A DNA stretch of 64,000 nt from an uncultured virus (IMG/VR IMGVR_UViG_3300020603_000009) (taxonomy: Duplodnaviria; Heunggongvirae; Uroviricota; Caudoviricetes): the IMG/VR virus record IMGVR_UViG_3300020603_000009; one strand, written 5' to 3'. The notes beneath the pieces are model-generated. The model was given only the letters and a program-made list of their open reading frames with translations, was not told the DNA's origin and did not search any database. Below, piece by piece: positions 1-8,912 of the stretch (positions are counted from its first letter, which is position 1; each line of letters opens with the position of its first letter). A program made the translations under genes and the position numbers.

Positions 1-253
1 AATTGTTTTTAATATTATTAATTTTTTCAGCAGCATTATTAACTTTTTCTTCTTGTGCGTTGAGAAACTTATTAGTTTCTTCTTCTGCTTTATTTATTCT
101 ATCTTTACTATCTCTGATATGTTTTAATTTATCAACAATATCATCAAGTGTTTTTTTACGATCTTCAAGTATAGTATTTTGTAATAGATCTTTTTTTGAA
201 ATTTGTTTTTCAAGTTCTTCTATTTTCTTTTTTAGATCATCAATATCGGCCAT
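1..253 (-). CDS. N-terminal part of a coiled-coil protein, probable tape measure protein (runs off the window)
   Basis: ATG at 253; open frame MADIDDLKKKIEELEKQISKKDLLQ... to the window edge; not in the ORF track. Its position after the tail tube and chaperone pair is the usual tape-measure slot. Confidence 0.5.
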   Translation of the reverse strand, partial: MADIDDLKKKIEELEKQISKKDLLQNTILEDRKKTLDDIVDKLKHIRDSKDRINKAEEETNKFLNAQEEKVNNAAEKINNIKNN

Positions 254-274
254 TTAATACATTTCCCAAAATAA

Positions 275-315
275 ATTATACCTTGCTACATTATTATTTA
301 GTAGCAAGGTATAAT
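275..315 (-). terminator. 15-bp perfect inverted repeat, terminator-like hairpin
   Basis: ATTATACCTTGCTAC (275-289) / GTAGCAAGGTATAAT (301-315) with an 11-nt loop, followed by TTATTTT on the coding strand. Confidence 0.6.
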
Positions 316-322
316 ATTTTCT

Positions 323-556
323 TTATCTGCCACGAGAAGCTTTTTCCATCTGTTCTGCTTCTTCTTTTTTCTGTTTTACCAAACGCTTGACAAACCAGTC
401 GCGAATTGGTATTGGTAAGTTGTAAGCCTCTGTGAAACTCCACCCGCCATGATATTTAAGAGCAAAAAACATCTCATAAACACTTTCGATATATTCATCA
501 CTTAGACCAAAAAAATTCCAAATTAAATGGAACCTCCATGTCTGCGCTGTATTCAC
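323..556 (-). CDS. T4 gp51-like baseplate hub/tail assembly chaperone extension, probably expressed by frameshift from the upstream gene
   Basis: YEMFFALKYHGGWSFTEAYNLPIPIRDWFVKRL resembles gp51-type small ORFs; no SD at its own starts; overlaps the upstream gene across a T7 run. Confidence 0.65.
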   Translation of the reverse strand: MNTAQTWRFHLIWNFFGLSDEYIESVYEMFFALKYHGGWSFTEAYNLPIPIRDWFVKRLVKQKKEEAEQMEKASRGR

Positions 557-1367
557 AGGCTTTACATTCGAATTGTTGTGTTAAATCAATATTCGGGGTT
601 ATTGCTTTATATGCTTCTTTGAGGAATCTGGAATCTCTTACTGGCATAACATCAACAAATTGAGATATGAGTTTTTTATCCTTTTCACCTTCGGCAGATT
701 CAATAAGCAACTTTAATTGTTGTGTATTGCTACTATCAACAGCAGCATTTTTATTTGCTTCACTGATTTGTAATATAGCTTTTTCATCATTACCAGTCAT
801 AAGACGAATATTTACCGTTACGCCCGTTTGTGGAAGAGTAATAGCAAATAATTTATCTTCAACATGCTTTACTTTATCGCATAGATGTTCTGGGATTGTT
901 CCATTAACAAGTTTTTTATTTTCATCCAACATAAAAGCATGTTTTGAAACTGTATTACAAGCGGGACAAGATACGCTTGTAATGTATTTGCTTCCAAAAC
1001 CAGATATTCTGGCATCAATTAGAAGAGAATTTCTATCTCCAACCAATAAATCACTGACATTTATCGATTTATCTACAATAACACTTTCTAATAATCTATC
1101 AAGAACAACACCTTTCTTGATAAGAGCTTTAGAAGTAAGAATATCTTCTTCTTTTGCTGTCATAAACTTTATTTCTAAAGTTTCTTTTCCATGTAAGGGA
1201 CTTCCCGGTTTATAGAATTTCCCTTTTGATGGCAGTTCTACAAAAAGAGTTGGAGCGGCAAAGGCCAAGTCTAATTTTGACTTTAGCCCGCCGCTAGCAA
1301 CCACATTTGTAGAGACTGGATCTTCGCCTGCTAATTGTAAGCGGCGTTCATTGTCTCTATCATTCAT
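498..1367 (-). CDS. T4 gp26-like baseplate hub / tail assembly chaperone
   Basis: VELPSKG..Y, MTAKEEDIL, two CxxC motifs (CPAC, CKAC), ends FFW; SD GAGGTG; follows the tail tube gene. Confidence 0.75.
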   Translation of the reverse strand: MNDRDNERRLQLAGEDPVSTNVVASGGLKSKLDLAFAAPTLFVELPSKGKFYKPGSPLHGKETLEIKFMTAKEEDILTSKALIKKGVVLDRLLESVIVDKSINVSDLLVGDRNSLLIDARISGFGSKYITSVSCPACNTVSKHAFMLDENKKLVNGTIPEHLCDKVKHVEDKLFAITLPQTGVTVNIRLMTGNDEKAILQISEANKNAAVDSSNTQQLKLLIESAEGEKDKKLISQFVDVMPVRDSRFLKEAYKAITPNIDLTQQFECKACEYSADMEVPFNLEFFWSK

Positions 1368-1383
1368 TTATCACCTCTGATTT

Positions 1384-2013
1384 TCAACCTGGACCAAATG
1401 GATTTATCGTACTGCCTTTTCCATTTGCTTTAAATTCTGCCCAATCATATCTTACTTGTACTGTGACGGTCAAAATGTCATCTGAACCATAATCTAAGGC
1501 ATCTGGTTTGAATGATTCAAGCCACGCATTTTTTAGTTCCCATTCTTCTGCTATGCCTTCTGGTAGATTTGCTGCTGGGCCTGGAATTCCACCTTGTGAT
1601 GCATCAACTGCAGCATTCAAGACTTTTATTTTTACAGTTCCAAGAGCATTTACTGCGTTTTCTTTGCCGATAGTTCTAACTTCTCCTTGCGGACCAATAA
1701 GGCCATTCAAGCCTGATGCAGCAAAAGCAGCTAATAGCGATTCGTTTGTATCGGTTAGCGAAGTTAGTCCCATTTTTTGAATGTCAACAAGTTTTATACT
1801 AAGAGGATTTGGTTCCCAAGTGACGCGACCAGGATGATAATAAGTTTTATCAAAATATTTATGTTCACTTGCACCAACTTTTACACCTGGACGATCACAT
1901 GTTTGAGCCAGAAATGTAAAATCTCCCAACAAGCCATTTGGATCGCCAAAGCTAAGTAGATATCTAAATTTACGCTTTGGTTCAAGGGCCGCATTTGTCC
2001 ATATTAAACTCAT
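1384..2013 (-). CDS. Tail tube protein (T4 gp19-like)
   Basis: EPKRKFRY, PGRVTWEP, WELKNAW...LDY, YDWA motifs; directly follows the sheath gene. Confidence 0.8.
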   Translation of the reverse strand: MSLIWTNAALEPKRKFRYLLSFGDPNGLLGDFTFLAQTCDRPGVKVGASEHKYFDKTYYHPGRVTWEPNPLSIKLVDIQKMGLTSLTDTNESLLAAFAASGLNGLIGPQGEVRTIGKENAVNALGTVKIKVLNAAVDASQGGIPGPAANLPEGIAEEWELKNAWLESFKPDALDYGSDDILTVTVQVRYDWAEFKANGKGSTINPFGPG

Positions 2014-2051
2014 TTTAAAATTCCTCTTTATAAGTTATATTATTAAATATA

Positions 2052-4895
2052 TCATTCATCAAAACTTGCGCCGGTATTTGTGATAATAAAGTCAATTGCG
2101 ATGAATTCAATAGCACGGGCTGGTTTGATATAAACTTTGGCATACATTATATTACGATCAATTAGATCTGGAGTTGTTGTTGTGTTATCAAGAACAACTT
2201 TGTAATCACTTAGACCAAAACGAGCTTTTGTATCAGCCATTAACGGATTAACTTGCGCAAGGAAGCGATCCCATGTAACTTGTAAGTTTGGATCAAATAG
2301 GATGCCTCTTGAAATCTTAGCAATTCTATCTTTGAGATAGATAGCAAGACGACGAACATTGATACGGTCAAGAGCACTTGAGGTTGCTTGTAATGTCTTT
2401 TGACCGAAGATTACAATGCCTTCGCTTGGGAATGAAGCAATTGGATTTACATTTACTTCATATAGAGCATCGCGCTGTTTCAGACTTAATCTTTCACGAA
2501 CATCAAGAACAGTTAAGCCTGATGAACCATTGCTTAACCCACCACGATTAAATCCAGCTGGAGCAAACCATACTGCGGTTGCTTCTTGACTACTTGCCAT
2601 TGTTCCTAGAGCAACAACACTTGGTGGAACCCATAGTGGAATTCCGCCACCAGCGTCGATTGAAACCCATGGATAATAAGCACAACCAAAGCTGTTATTT
2701 AGTGCTCTTGATTTAATTGTTGCTACAGCAGTATTAACATTACCAAGTCTTGAGCGTTCTGCTGTTGCTTCTTCGGTAGTTGGTTTATACCCACCTTCAA
2801 CATCAATTATGGCAAGAACATCGTTTCTTGTTTTGGCAGTTTCTAGTAGTTTATTTGTAACTGTTGTATTTGTTACACCAGGAACTGTTACAAGATTCAT
2901 TTCAACAACTTCTGGATCTGAAACCATGTCAATTGCTTTTTGTATACTATATTGAGCATAGTTTGATCTTGGTTCTGCAGAATTTAAAGCAAGAACACGA
3001 TTTGCAAATGGTTCTTTTTCTTTGACATTTAATCCATCGAAACCACCAAATACTGGCATAACGAATTTATCAACACCCTTATCTAGTAGTTGTTTGTATG
3101 AACTACTAACTGCAGTTATTGAAGTTCCACCGACACGACTACCTTTTTGCCAGAAGAACTTACCAGCACTGCCAGAAACTTCTCTAACATCATCAAGAGT
3201 GAATATTGTTGAATATTCAGTTAATGAACCTGTTGGAACAAAGGTGTCCAAGTTAAATGGTTTAACTCTTACAAGATCAACATATTCTTCATTAAATTGA
3301 GCACGAGTTGCAACATTACTAACAACGCCAAAGTATGTATCACGATCATTTAGCACACCTGCCTCACTACTTGAAACTCTCATCTTTAATTCTGGGAAGA
3401 GTATTGAAGCAGTTAATGCAGATAAACCAGTAACATTAATTGAGTTTGCAGTACCACTTGGTGCAAGTGGAATTTCGCCAACTGCTTTAAGTAGATCGGT
3501 TCCAGTTGTTGCAGAACCACTTTCAACTGTAACTGTTTTGTATTTAACTGGACCAAGGAAGCCGAATGGTAATGATTCTGGATCAATACCACCTTCTTCT
3601 ACGAGTGTGTTCATTTCAACACGAACAAGTTTAGAAACATTGTCGTAATTACCGAACATTTTGTGTCTCTTTTCGCCAGTCAAAGTATCGTCTGTCCATT
3701 CAAGATATTTATCGCCAATTCTCTTGGCAACATAATTTTCTGAATTTGGATTTAGATTGCAGTTTGTAAACACTTCTAATGCTGCTGGTTGAGCATCATT
3801 GTCATCTGTTTTGCGAATTTCAACTGTGAATGAACCATATTTTTCGAAAGGAGTTGGCGAGTATTTGATATCTTTTACAGCGACTTTTAATGAACGCTGT
3901 GTCCAATCGCCAGAACCTTCTCCACCAAGGGCAACAAATCTAAATAATTTAGACATATTTTGTGGATTGAAAGAACCGGTTACAGCACTAAGATCTTGTG
4001 AGAATACCCATCCGGTTTTTGCTGCTTGAGCTTCTAATTGGAAGTCTGAAAGATCAGCAGTTGCACTCTTTAAGCCAGCAATAAATGCATATGCATTACC
4101 AGCAGCAACTGTATCTGTTAAAAAGTCTGTAAATGTTTCACCAAGCCAATATTTTTCAACATTATCAACTGAAGTAATAGCAGTATTGACTAATGTTGGG
4201 TTTGTATTGAATACTTTGCGAATATATTTATCTGAAATTTTATCAAAGTTAAATGATGTATCTAATATTGGGTTTGCATCATTTACATTATCCGTTCCAA
4301 CAACTTTCATTCTAAATTCAAAATTATTACCAATTGATTTAACAAGAGTTGCTGAACCAGTTGTCATGGTTCCTGCTGGATTTTGACCAACAAGAGCAAG
4401 ACCAGCACCACTATTTACATAAAATACCGCTGCTAATGTGCCGGTAACTTGCGGATTTGAGCTTGATGGAATAACGAAAAGACCATAAGCACCACCGGCA
4501 TTTGCTCCAACTGAACCAGAAATAGTTTTATCTGTTTTCCAGCCAGCATAACCTTGAGCATTTGCTTCTGGATGTTCTGAACCCATCAAACGAACGAATG
4601 TTAGAGGACTTGAATTTGCTAAATAAGCTTTTGCGGCCCATGATGCATATGCAGGACCGGTTAAGTTTCCTTCGCGCCAAATATCACCATCGGTTGAGCC
4701 ACGAACAGGTTCACCGAATATTGATACAAATTCTTCATAAGAGCGAACTTTTACAGGAACCATGCCTGGACCACGGCGAGCACGACCAATTACAACTGGC
4801 CCTACAGCGTCATTTACATTGTTAATCTGTGAACGATCAATTTCTTTTATTTGAATTCCTGGAGATACGAAACGATACTTATTTGCACCACTCAT
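2052..4895 (-). CDS. Tail sheath protein (gp18-like)
   Basis: FVSPGIQIKEIDRS N-terminus; YYPWV, WFAPAGFNRG, GQKTLQ, LDRINVRRL, AIEFIAIDF motifs. Confidence 0.95.
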   Translation of the reverse strand: MSGANKYRFVSPGIQIKEIDRSQINNVNDAVGPVVIGRARRGPGMVPVKVRSYEEFVSIFGEPVRGSTDGDIWREGNLTGPAYASWAAKAYLANSSPLTFVRLMGSEHPEANAQGYAGWKTDKTISGSVGANAGGAYGLFVIPSSSNPQVTGTLAAVFYVNSGAGLALVGQNPAGTMTTGSATLVKSIGNNFEFRMKVVGTDNVNDANPILDTSFNFDKISDKYIRKVFNTNPTLVNTAITSVDNVEKYWLGETFTDFLTDTVAAGNAYAFIAGLKSATADLSDFQLEAQAAKTGWVFSQDLSAVTGSFNPQNMSKLFRFVALGGEGSGDWTQRSLKVAVKDIKYSPTPFEKYGSFTVEIRKTDDNDAQPAALEVFTNCNLNPNSENYVAKRIGDKYLEWTDDTLTGEKRHKMFGNYDNVSKLVRVEMNTLVEEGGIDPESLPFGFLGPVKYKTVTVESGSATTGTDLLKAVGEIPLAPSGTANSINVTGLSALTASILFPELKMRVSSSEAGVLNDRDTYFGVVSNVATRAQFNEEYVDLVRVKPFNLDTFVPTGSLTEYSTIFTLDDVREVSGSAGKFFWQKGSRVGGTSITAVSSSYKQLLDKGVDKFVMPVFGGFDGLNVKEKEPFANRVLALNSAEPRSNYAQYSIQKAIDMVSDPEVVEMNLVTVPGVTNTTVTNKLLETAKTRNDVLAIIDVEGGYKPTTEEATAERSRLGNVNTAVATIKSRALNNSFGCAYYPWVSIDAGGGIPLWVPPSVVALGTMASSQEATAVWFAPAGFNRGGLSNGSSGLTVLDVRERLSLKQRDALYEVNVNPIASFPSEGIVIFGQKTLQATSSALDRINVRRLAIYLKDRIAKISRGILFDPNLQVTWDRFLAQVNPLMADTKARFGLSDYKVVLDNTTTTPDLIDRNIMYAKVYIKPARAIEFIAIDFIITNTGASFDE

Positions 4896-4930
4896 TATAA
4901 AATACTCCTATACAGCTTGTATTTCTTAGG

Positions 4931-4937
4931 TAAATAG
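4931..4937 (-). promoter_or_regulatory. Putative late promoter motif CTATTTA (exact copies also at 8007, 8841, 11922, 12569, 32813, 35062, 37220, 58595)
   Basis: TAAATAG on the plus strand, about 18-52 nt upstream of structural gene starts in intergenic gaps. Confidence 0.6.
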
Positions 4938-4971
4938 TAAGATTTAAATTGAAAAGAAACAATATAATGTT

Positions 4972-5823
4972 TTAATATTTTTTCTTATCTGCTTCTGTTG
5001 ATTCACCAAACAACTCTTTTTCCCTTGGTATTTTTACTTCAACAATAGTTTCTGAAGTAATAATCTTTGGCTTTTGTGAATTTGCTCCCGCTCCCAATAA
5101 ATATCCTAACACATTTATCGATAATTCTGTCGTAAACATACGATTATCTTGATCTAACTTTGTCATGTTTCCACCATTTTTAAATGATGAATCTTTTTCA
5201 AAAAACGCCTCATACCTATGCTGTTCTTTGCTTATCATAAAGTGATTAATACCGGCTGTATAGGTCATAAATGGTTGAATTATTTCATTTATTTGCTGCT
5301 GATATTCTGTATTAACTGTTATTGTGTATTTAACATCAATATAAACTGGTAATGGAATTTTTGTAATTTCATATACAACTTTTTTATTTTTTTCTTTTAC
5401 ATTATATTGAACTGTTTTTCTGTAATTGTTATTTTTTGCGTAATTATTTGATTTTTCTTGAGATATCAGCTTTGTTACGGTTACGACTCCACCGCGAAAA
5501 TCATCTGGCGGCACATTAGCATAAAAAGTTCCTTTTTTTGTTAAACTTTTTGTTATATTATCTCTTTGTAGTGTAATTGCTGGAAGTATAAAATTTCCAT
5601 TTACATCTCTTAATGTTCTATCGTTTTTTATTTGATGTGCTCTTTCACCGGCAACCCAGATAACAGGTGTTTTTTTCCAACCACGATTTGTATTTGCGTG
5701 AATATTCATAGTTTTATCAAGCCATTCATAAACAGCTAAATCGATTGTTTCTATTGTTGATGGTTCTATTGAAACTTGATTTGTTTCAAGACCTCTTCTT
5801 TCGTATTCTGTTTTATCGCTCAT
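4972..5823 (-). CDS. Tail completion / sheath stabiliser (gp15-like)
   Basis: Lies between neck and sheath genes; LPAITLQR and PVYIDVKYTITV...QQINEII pattern. Confidence 0.55.
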   Translation of the reverse strand: MSDKTEYERRGLETNQVSIEPSTIETIDLAVYEWLDKTMNIHANTNRGWKKTPVIWVAGERAHQIKNDRTLRDVNGNFILPAITLQRDNITKSLTKKGTFYANVPPDDFRGGVVTVTKLISQEKSNNYAKNNNYRKTVQYNVKEKNKKVVYEITKIPLPVYIDVKYTITVNTEYQQQINEIIQPFMTYTAGINHFMISKEQHRYEAFFEKDSSFKNGGNMTKLDQDNRMFTTELSINVLGYLLGAGANSQKPKIITSETIVEVKIPREKELFGESTEADKKKY

Positions 5824-5835
5824 TTTTCAATCCCA

Positions 5836-6654
5836 TCATGGTAATGTAAAGAGAGGACTTTCGATCCAAACTCCACCTTCATTAAAAAAAAATTTATCTG
5901 GTTGGTCAAAATTACCATATATTTCATCTTCATCAATTTCTGACAAATAAACTATACAACCTTTATAGTTTTGTGGATTATTTGCATAATCTAAAAATTG
6001 TGAACGCTTTGAACTTGTTCTTTTGCCTGATATTATTTGTATTTTTCCACCGCAAACAGCTTCAATTGGCGTGTTATTGATAATTTCTTCTAAACCACTT
6101 TGATCTTGAGTTTCGTTTATTCTTATTTGTTCTCTTATTTGTAGTAATTCTACCGGCTCATTAAAGAAACCTTGTCTAACGCGATTACAACTTGTTTGTA
6201 TTTCCATTTTATGTTGAACTTGGCCGAATAATTTTCTTGGTTCTGCTAGTTTTACAATTTCATAAAAATTTAATCCATAAAAAACAACATCACCTTCACG
6301 AATATATAAATCTTGATCTTCAGTTAGTCTTCTTTTATGAAAATTAATTGTTATTTTGGAGCTTTTATCAAGACCATACACTTCTGTTGTTGTTTGTTCT
6401 TCATCAATTTTTACTAATGCTTTTATTATTATCGGTCTTAAAAAAGTTTTATTTATTGCTTCACCATAAAGAGGATGAAAATCACTATTTTTTACATTTA
6501 AAGGAAAATAAATAATAGTTTGACCTATAACTCGCTCAATTAATTCATCATTAATTTGCTTTGTTAAATCTCTTTCTTTCTTCCCCAAAAACATTGGAGA
6601 AGGTGGCTGTTCTGGTTGGGTCCATTTTTTTTGATCTACTTTCTTTTTACCCAT
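5836..6654 (-). CDS. Neck / head closure protein (gp14-like) with an extra C-terminal domain
   Basis: ELIERVIGQTIIYF...HPLYGEA, REGDVV...YEI motifs; follows the gp13-like gene. Confidence 0.65.
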   Translation of the reverse strand: MGKKKVDQKKWTQPEQPPSPMFLGKKERDLTKQINDELIERVIGQTIIYFPLNVKNSDFHPLYGEAINKTFLRPIIIKALVKIDEEQTTTEVYGLDKSSKITINFHKRRLTEDQDLYIREGDVVFYGLNFYEIVKLAEPRKLFGQVQHKMEIQTSCNRVRQGFFNEPVELLQIREQIRINETQDQSGLEEIINNTPIEAVCGGKIQIISGKRTSSKRSQFLDYANNPQNYKGCIVYLSEIDEDEIYGNFDQPDKFFFNEGGVWIESPLFTLP

Positions 6655-6658
6655 TTAA

Positions 6659-7975
6659 TCATCCTACGAATATAACATTTGGAACTGCAGCAAGAACTTT
6701 ATTAGCATTATCAGAAAGAGCTGTGCGTTTTTCAGCAAGAGTGTTATAATCTGTTTCTTCCAGTATTTTTACAAGCTCTTCTTTAAGAGCGTCTTTTTCT
6801 TCTTTGCTTTGTGATCTTAAATCCGCACCATTTAGCGTAACGCTTTCACCTGGAATTGGAATTGTTTGAAATTTACTGCGAATTTCAGCAAGCATGCCTT
6901 TTGCTACAGCAAGCGCATAACGACGAATCCAATGTTTGCCGATTGCATTAATATTTTCAAAAGGAATATTTGAGAAAGGAAGAGTGTTTATATTATTAAC
7001 ACCACCAATTCTGGCATCTTTTCCACTTAATTCTGTATATGACGAACCGGATAATATTCCTATGCCAACATTTGCTCCATTACCAGCACCAACACTAAAT
7101 TCAAACCAAAATGTTCTTATATCGGTTGAATCGGGAATAGGAAAAATTCTTAATTTGTTATTTTTAATCTCATAAGAATAATGAGAGATACGAGTATAAA
7201 TATTATCTTCATATGCCATAGCTTGAAGTTTATTATGCCACGCTGGAATAACTTCAAAAGTACTGTCGTCAGCATACTGACCGTATGTTGAAAGATTTCC
7301 TACGGCATTTAAACCGCCATAGTAGCCATAAAATCTCCACATTGCACGAGGAGACTTATAATAAACTTTTCTAACAGTTATTCTTGAACCTGGATTAACT
7401 TTACCATACAAAACAGAAGTAGAATTAGCAGCAGAACTACTAACTATATTTTGTAAATCATAATCTTGTTGATTTGGTTGAGCTTCAAAAGAAGCTGAAT
7501 ATATATCTATTTTTCCACCAACGCCAGCTTCATGTGAAAATGCATCAGCAGCATCACGAACAGCTGTTATATCGTACATTGGATATGTTAAATTAAGTGG
7601 ACCAGAAGAACTAACAAGATTATAAAGAGCACTTCCACTTTTTATTTCACCATCACTATTAAATGTTCCGGTTGGAGAACCAAGCATGCTACCAAGTGAA
7701 TTCTTTGCTTGATGAAGATTAACAAGATAAGAATAAGTTAATACAGCATCTTCATATGCCGCATAAGCTTGACCTTCTGTTATTTCTATATCAAGAACAT
7801 CGCCACCAATCATTTTATAGATATAAGCAACTTGATCTACAGCGCCACTTATAAAATCTGTGCTGTTCGCATAAATACCAAGAGGCAAACTAGAAGCAAC
7901 ATTAGAAAATGTTCCAGTTGAAGGCAATACAATTGCGCTTGTTTGACTTTTAGGTGTTAATACAGGAACAGACAT
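6659..7975 (-). CDS. Neck / head-tail adaptor (gp13-like)
   Basis: GGDVLDIEIT, WIRRYALAVAKGMLAEIRSKF, IPGESVTLNG motifs. Confidence 0.7.
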   Translation of the reverse strand: MSVPVLTPKSQTSAIVLPSTGTFSNVASSLPLGIYANSTDFISGAVDQVAYIYKMIGGDVLDIEITEGQAYAAYEDAVLTYSYLVNLHQAKNSLGSMLGSPTGTFNSDGEIKSGSALYNLVSSSGPLNLTYPMYDITAVRDAADAFSHEAGVGGKIDIYSASFEAQPNQQDYDLQNIVSSSAANSTSVLYGKVNPGSRITVRKVYYKSPRAMWRFYGYYGGLNAVGNLSTYGQYADDSTFEVIPAWHNKLQAMAYEDNIYTRISHYSYEIKNNKLRIFPIPDSTDIRTFWFEFSVGAGNGANVGIGILSGSSYTELSGKDARIGGVNNINTLPFSNIPFENINAIGKHWIRRYALAVAKGMLAEIRSKFQTIPIPGESVTLNGADLRSQSKEEKDALKEELVKILEETDYNTLAEKRTALSDNANKVLAAVPNVIFVG

Positions 7976-8034
7976 TTATATAGTGCCTCCATATATGGCT
8001 ACTTTATAAATAGTATTAATATTGATATAAAAGA

Positions 8035-8060
8035 AAACCCACCATATTTCGGGTTGGTTT
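8035..8060 (-). terminator. Imperfect intrinsic terminator after the LamG gene
   Basis: Coding strand AAACCAACCCGAAATATGGTGGGTTTTCTTTT. Confidence 0.5.
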
Positions 8061-8075
8061 ATAAAATAATTTTAT

Positions 8076-8810
8076 TTATCTTCCGAATTTAGTTTTAAAG
8101 GCATCATAATTTTGCTCTATCTCGGCAAGAGACAATTCTTTATCATAAAATAGTATATTTGAAATGTGACCATCAAAAGGCGAACCGACACCAACATTAT
8201 AAGAAAAACCTATTTTCATAGTGTTGTTAAGAAGCCAAAGTGATGGTGAACCCATCGTTGAGCCGGCGCCGGTATTTTGTAATTTGTTTAAAAATATTTT
8301 AATATTTTGATTAAATCTTCCAACACCTGGTGCTGCTTGACCACCATTAGAAGTTACAACAATATTGTGCCAACTGTCATCATCAACTCTTCCTTCATTT
8401 GTTGTTGATGTGGAAATATAAAAGGAACCCCCACCCGTTCCATTATGAGGATTGTTTATTATGTTTGCTAATACCGCACCATTTTGTACACTTAATTGAA
8501 AACCGTGCGTTAAATATGGTAAGCTATTTAAATAATTTGTCATAATAACACGATTTTTACTAGCATTATTATAAACCATTTTTACCCACATAGATACAGT
8601 AAAAGCATTTTGAGTTATTGTATTTAATGAACTGGTAAAATCGGCATAATCATTTATACCATCAAAATAAAATGAATCTGCACCAGACGAACTCGATACA
8701 GCTGCGCCATTATAAAGGTTTATAAAAGATCCGGCAGATGAAGGTTGCAAAAAAACCCTTAAACTTGAAGTTATGTGCGAAATCGGTTCTGGTTCATTAT
8801 AAAAAAACAT
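8076..8810 (-). CDS. LamG / concanavalin A-like domain virion protein
   Basis: FDGINDY, FTVSMWVK, DDSWHNIVVT, FDGHISNILFYDKELSLAEIEQNY; SD AGGAG. Confidence 0.85.
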   Translation of the reverse strand: MFFYNEPEPISHITSSLRVFLQPSSAGSFINLYNGAAVSSSSGADSFYFDGINDYADFTSSLNTITQNAFTVSMWVKMVYNNASKNRVIMTNYLNSLPYLTHGFQLSVQNGAVLANIINNPHNGTGGGSFYISTSTTNEGRVDDDSWHNIVVTSNGGQAAPGVGRFNQNIKIFLNKLQNTGAGSTMGSPSLWLLNNTMKIGFSYNVGVGSPFDGHISNILFYDKELSLAEIEQNYDAFKTKFGR

Positions 8811-8860
8811 AATAAATTCTCCTGAATTTAAAAGACAATATAAATAGTTTAAAATTTTTA

Positions 8861-8888
8861 AAAGAGAAAACCCGCCATTTCTGGCGGG
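8861..8888 (-). terminator. Intrinsic terminator after the major capsid gene
   Basis: CCCGCCA-GAAA-TGGCGGG stem-loop followed by TTTTCTCTTTT. Confidence 0.85.
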
Positions 8889-8912
8889 CTTCTTATTAAC
8901 TAACCGTTACGA

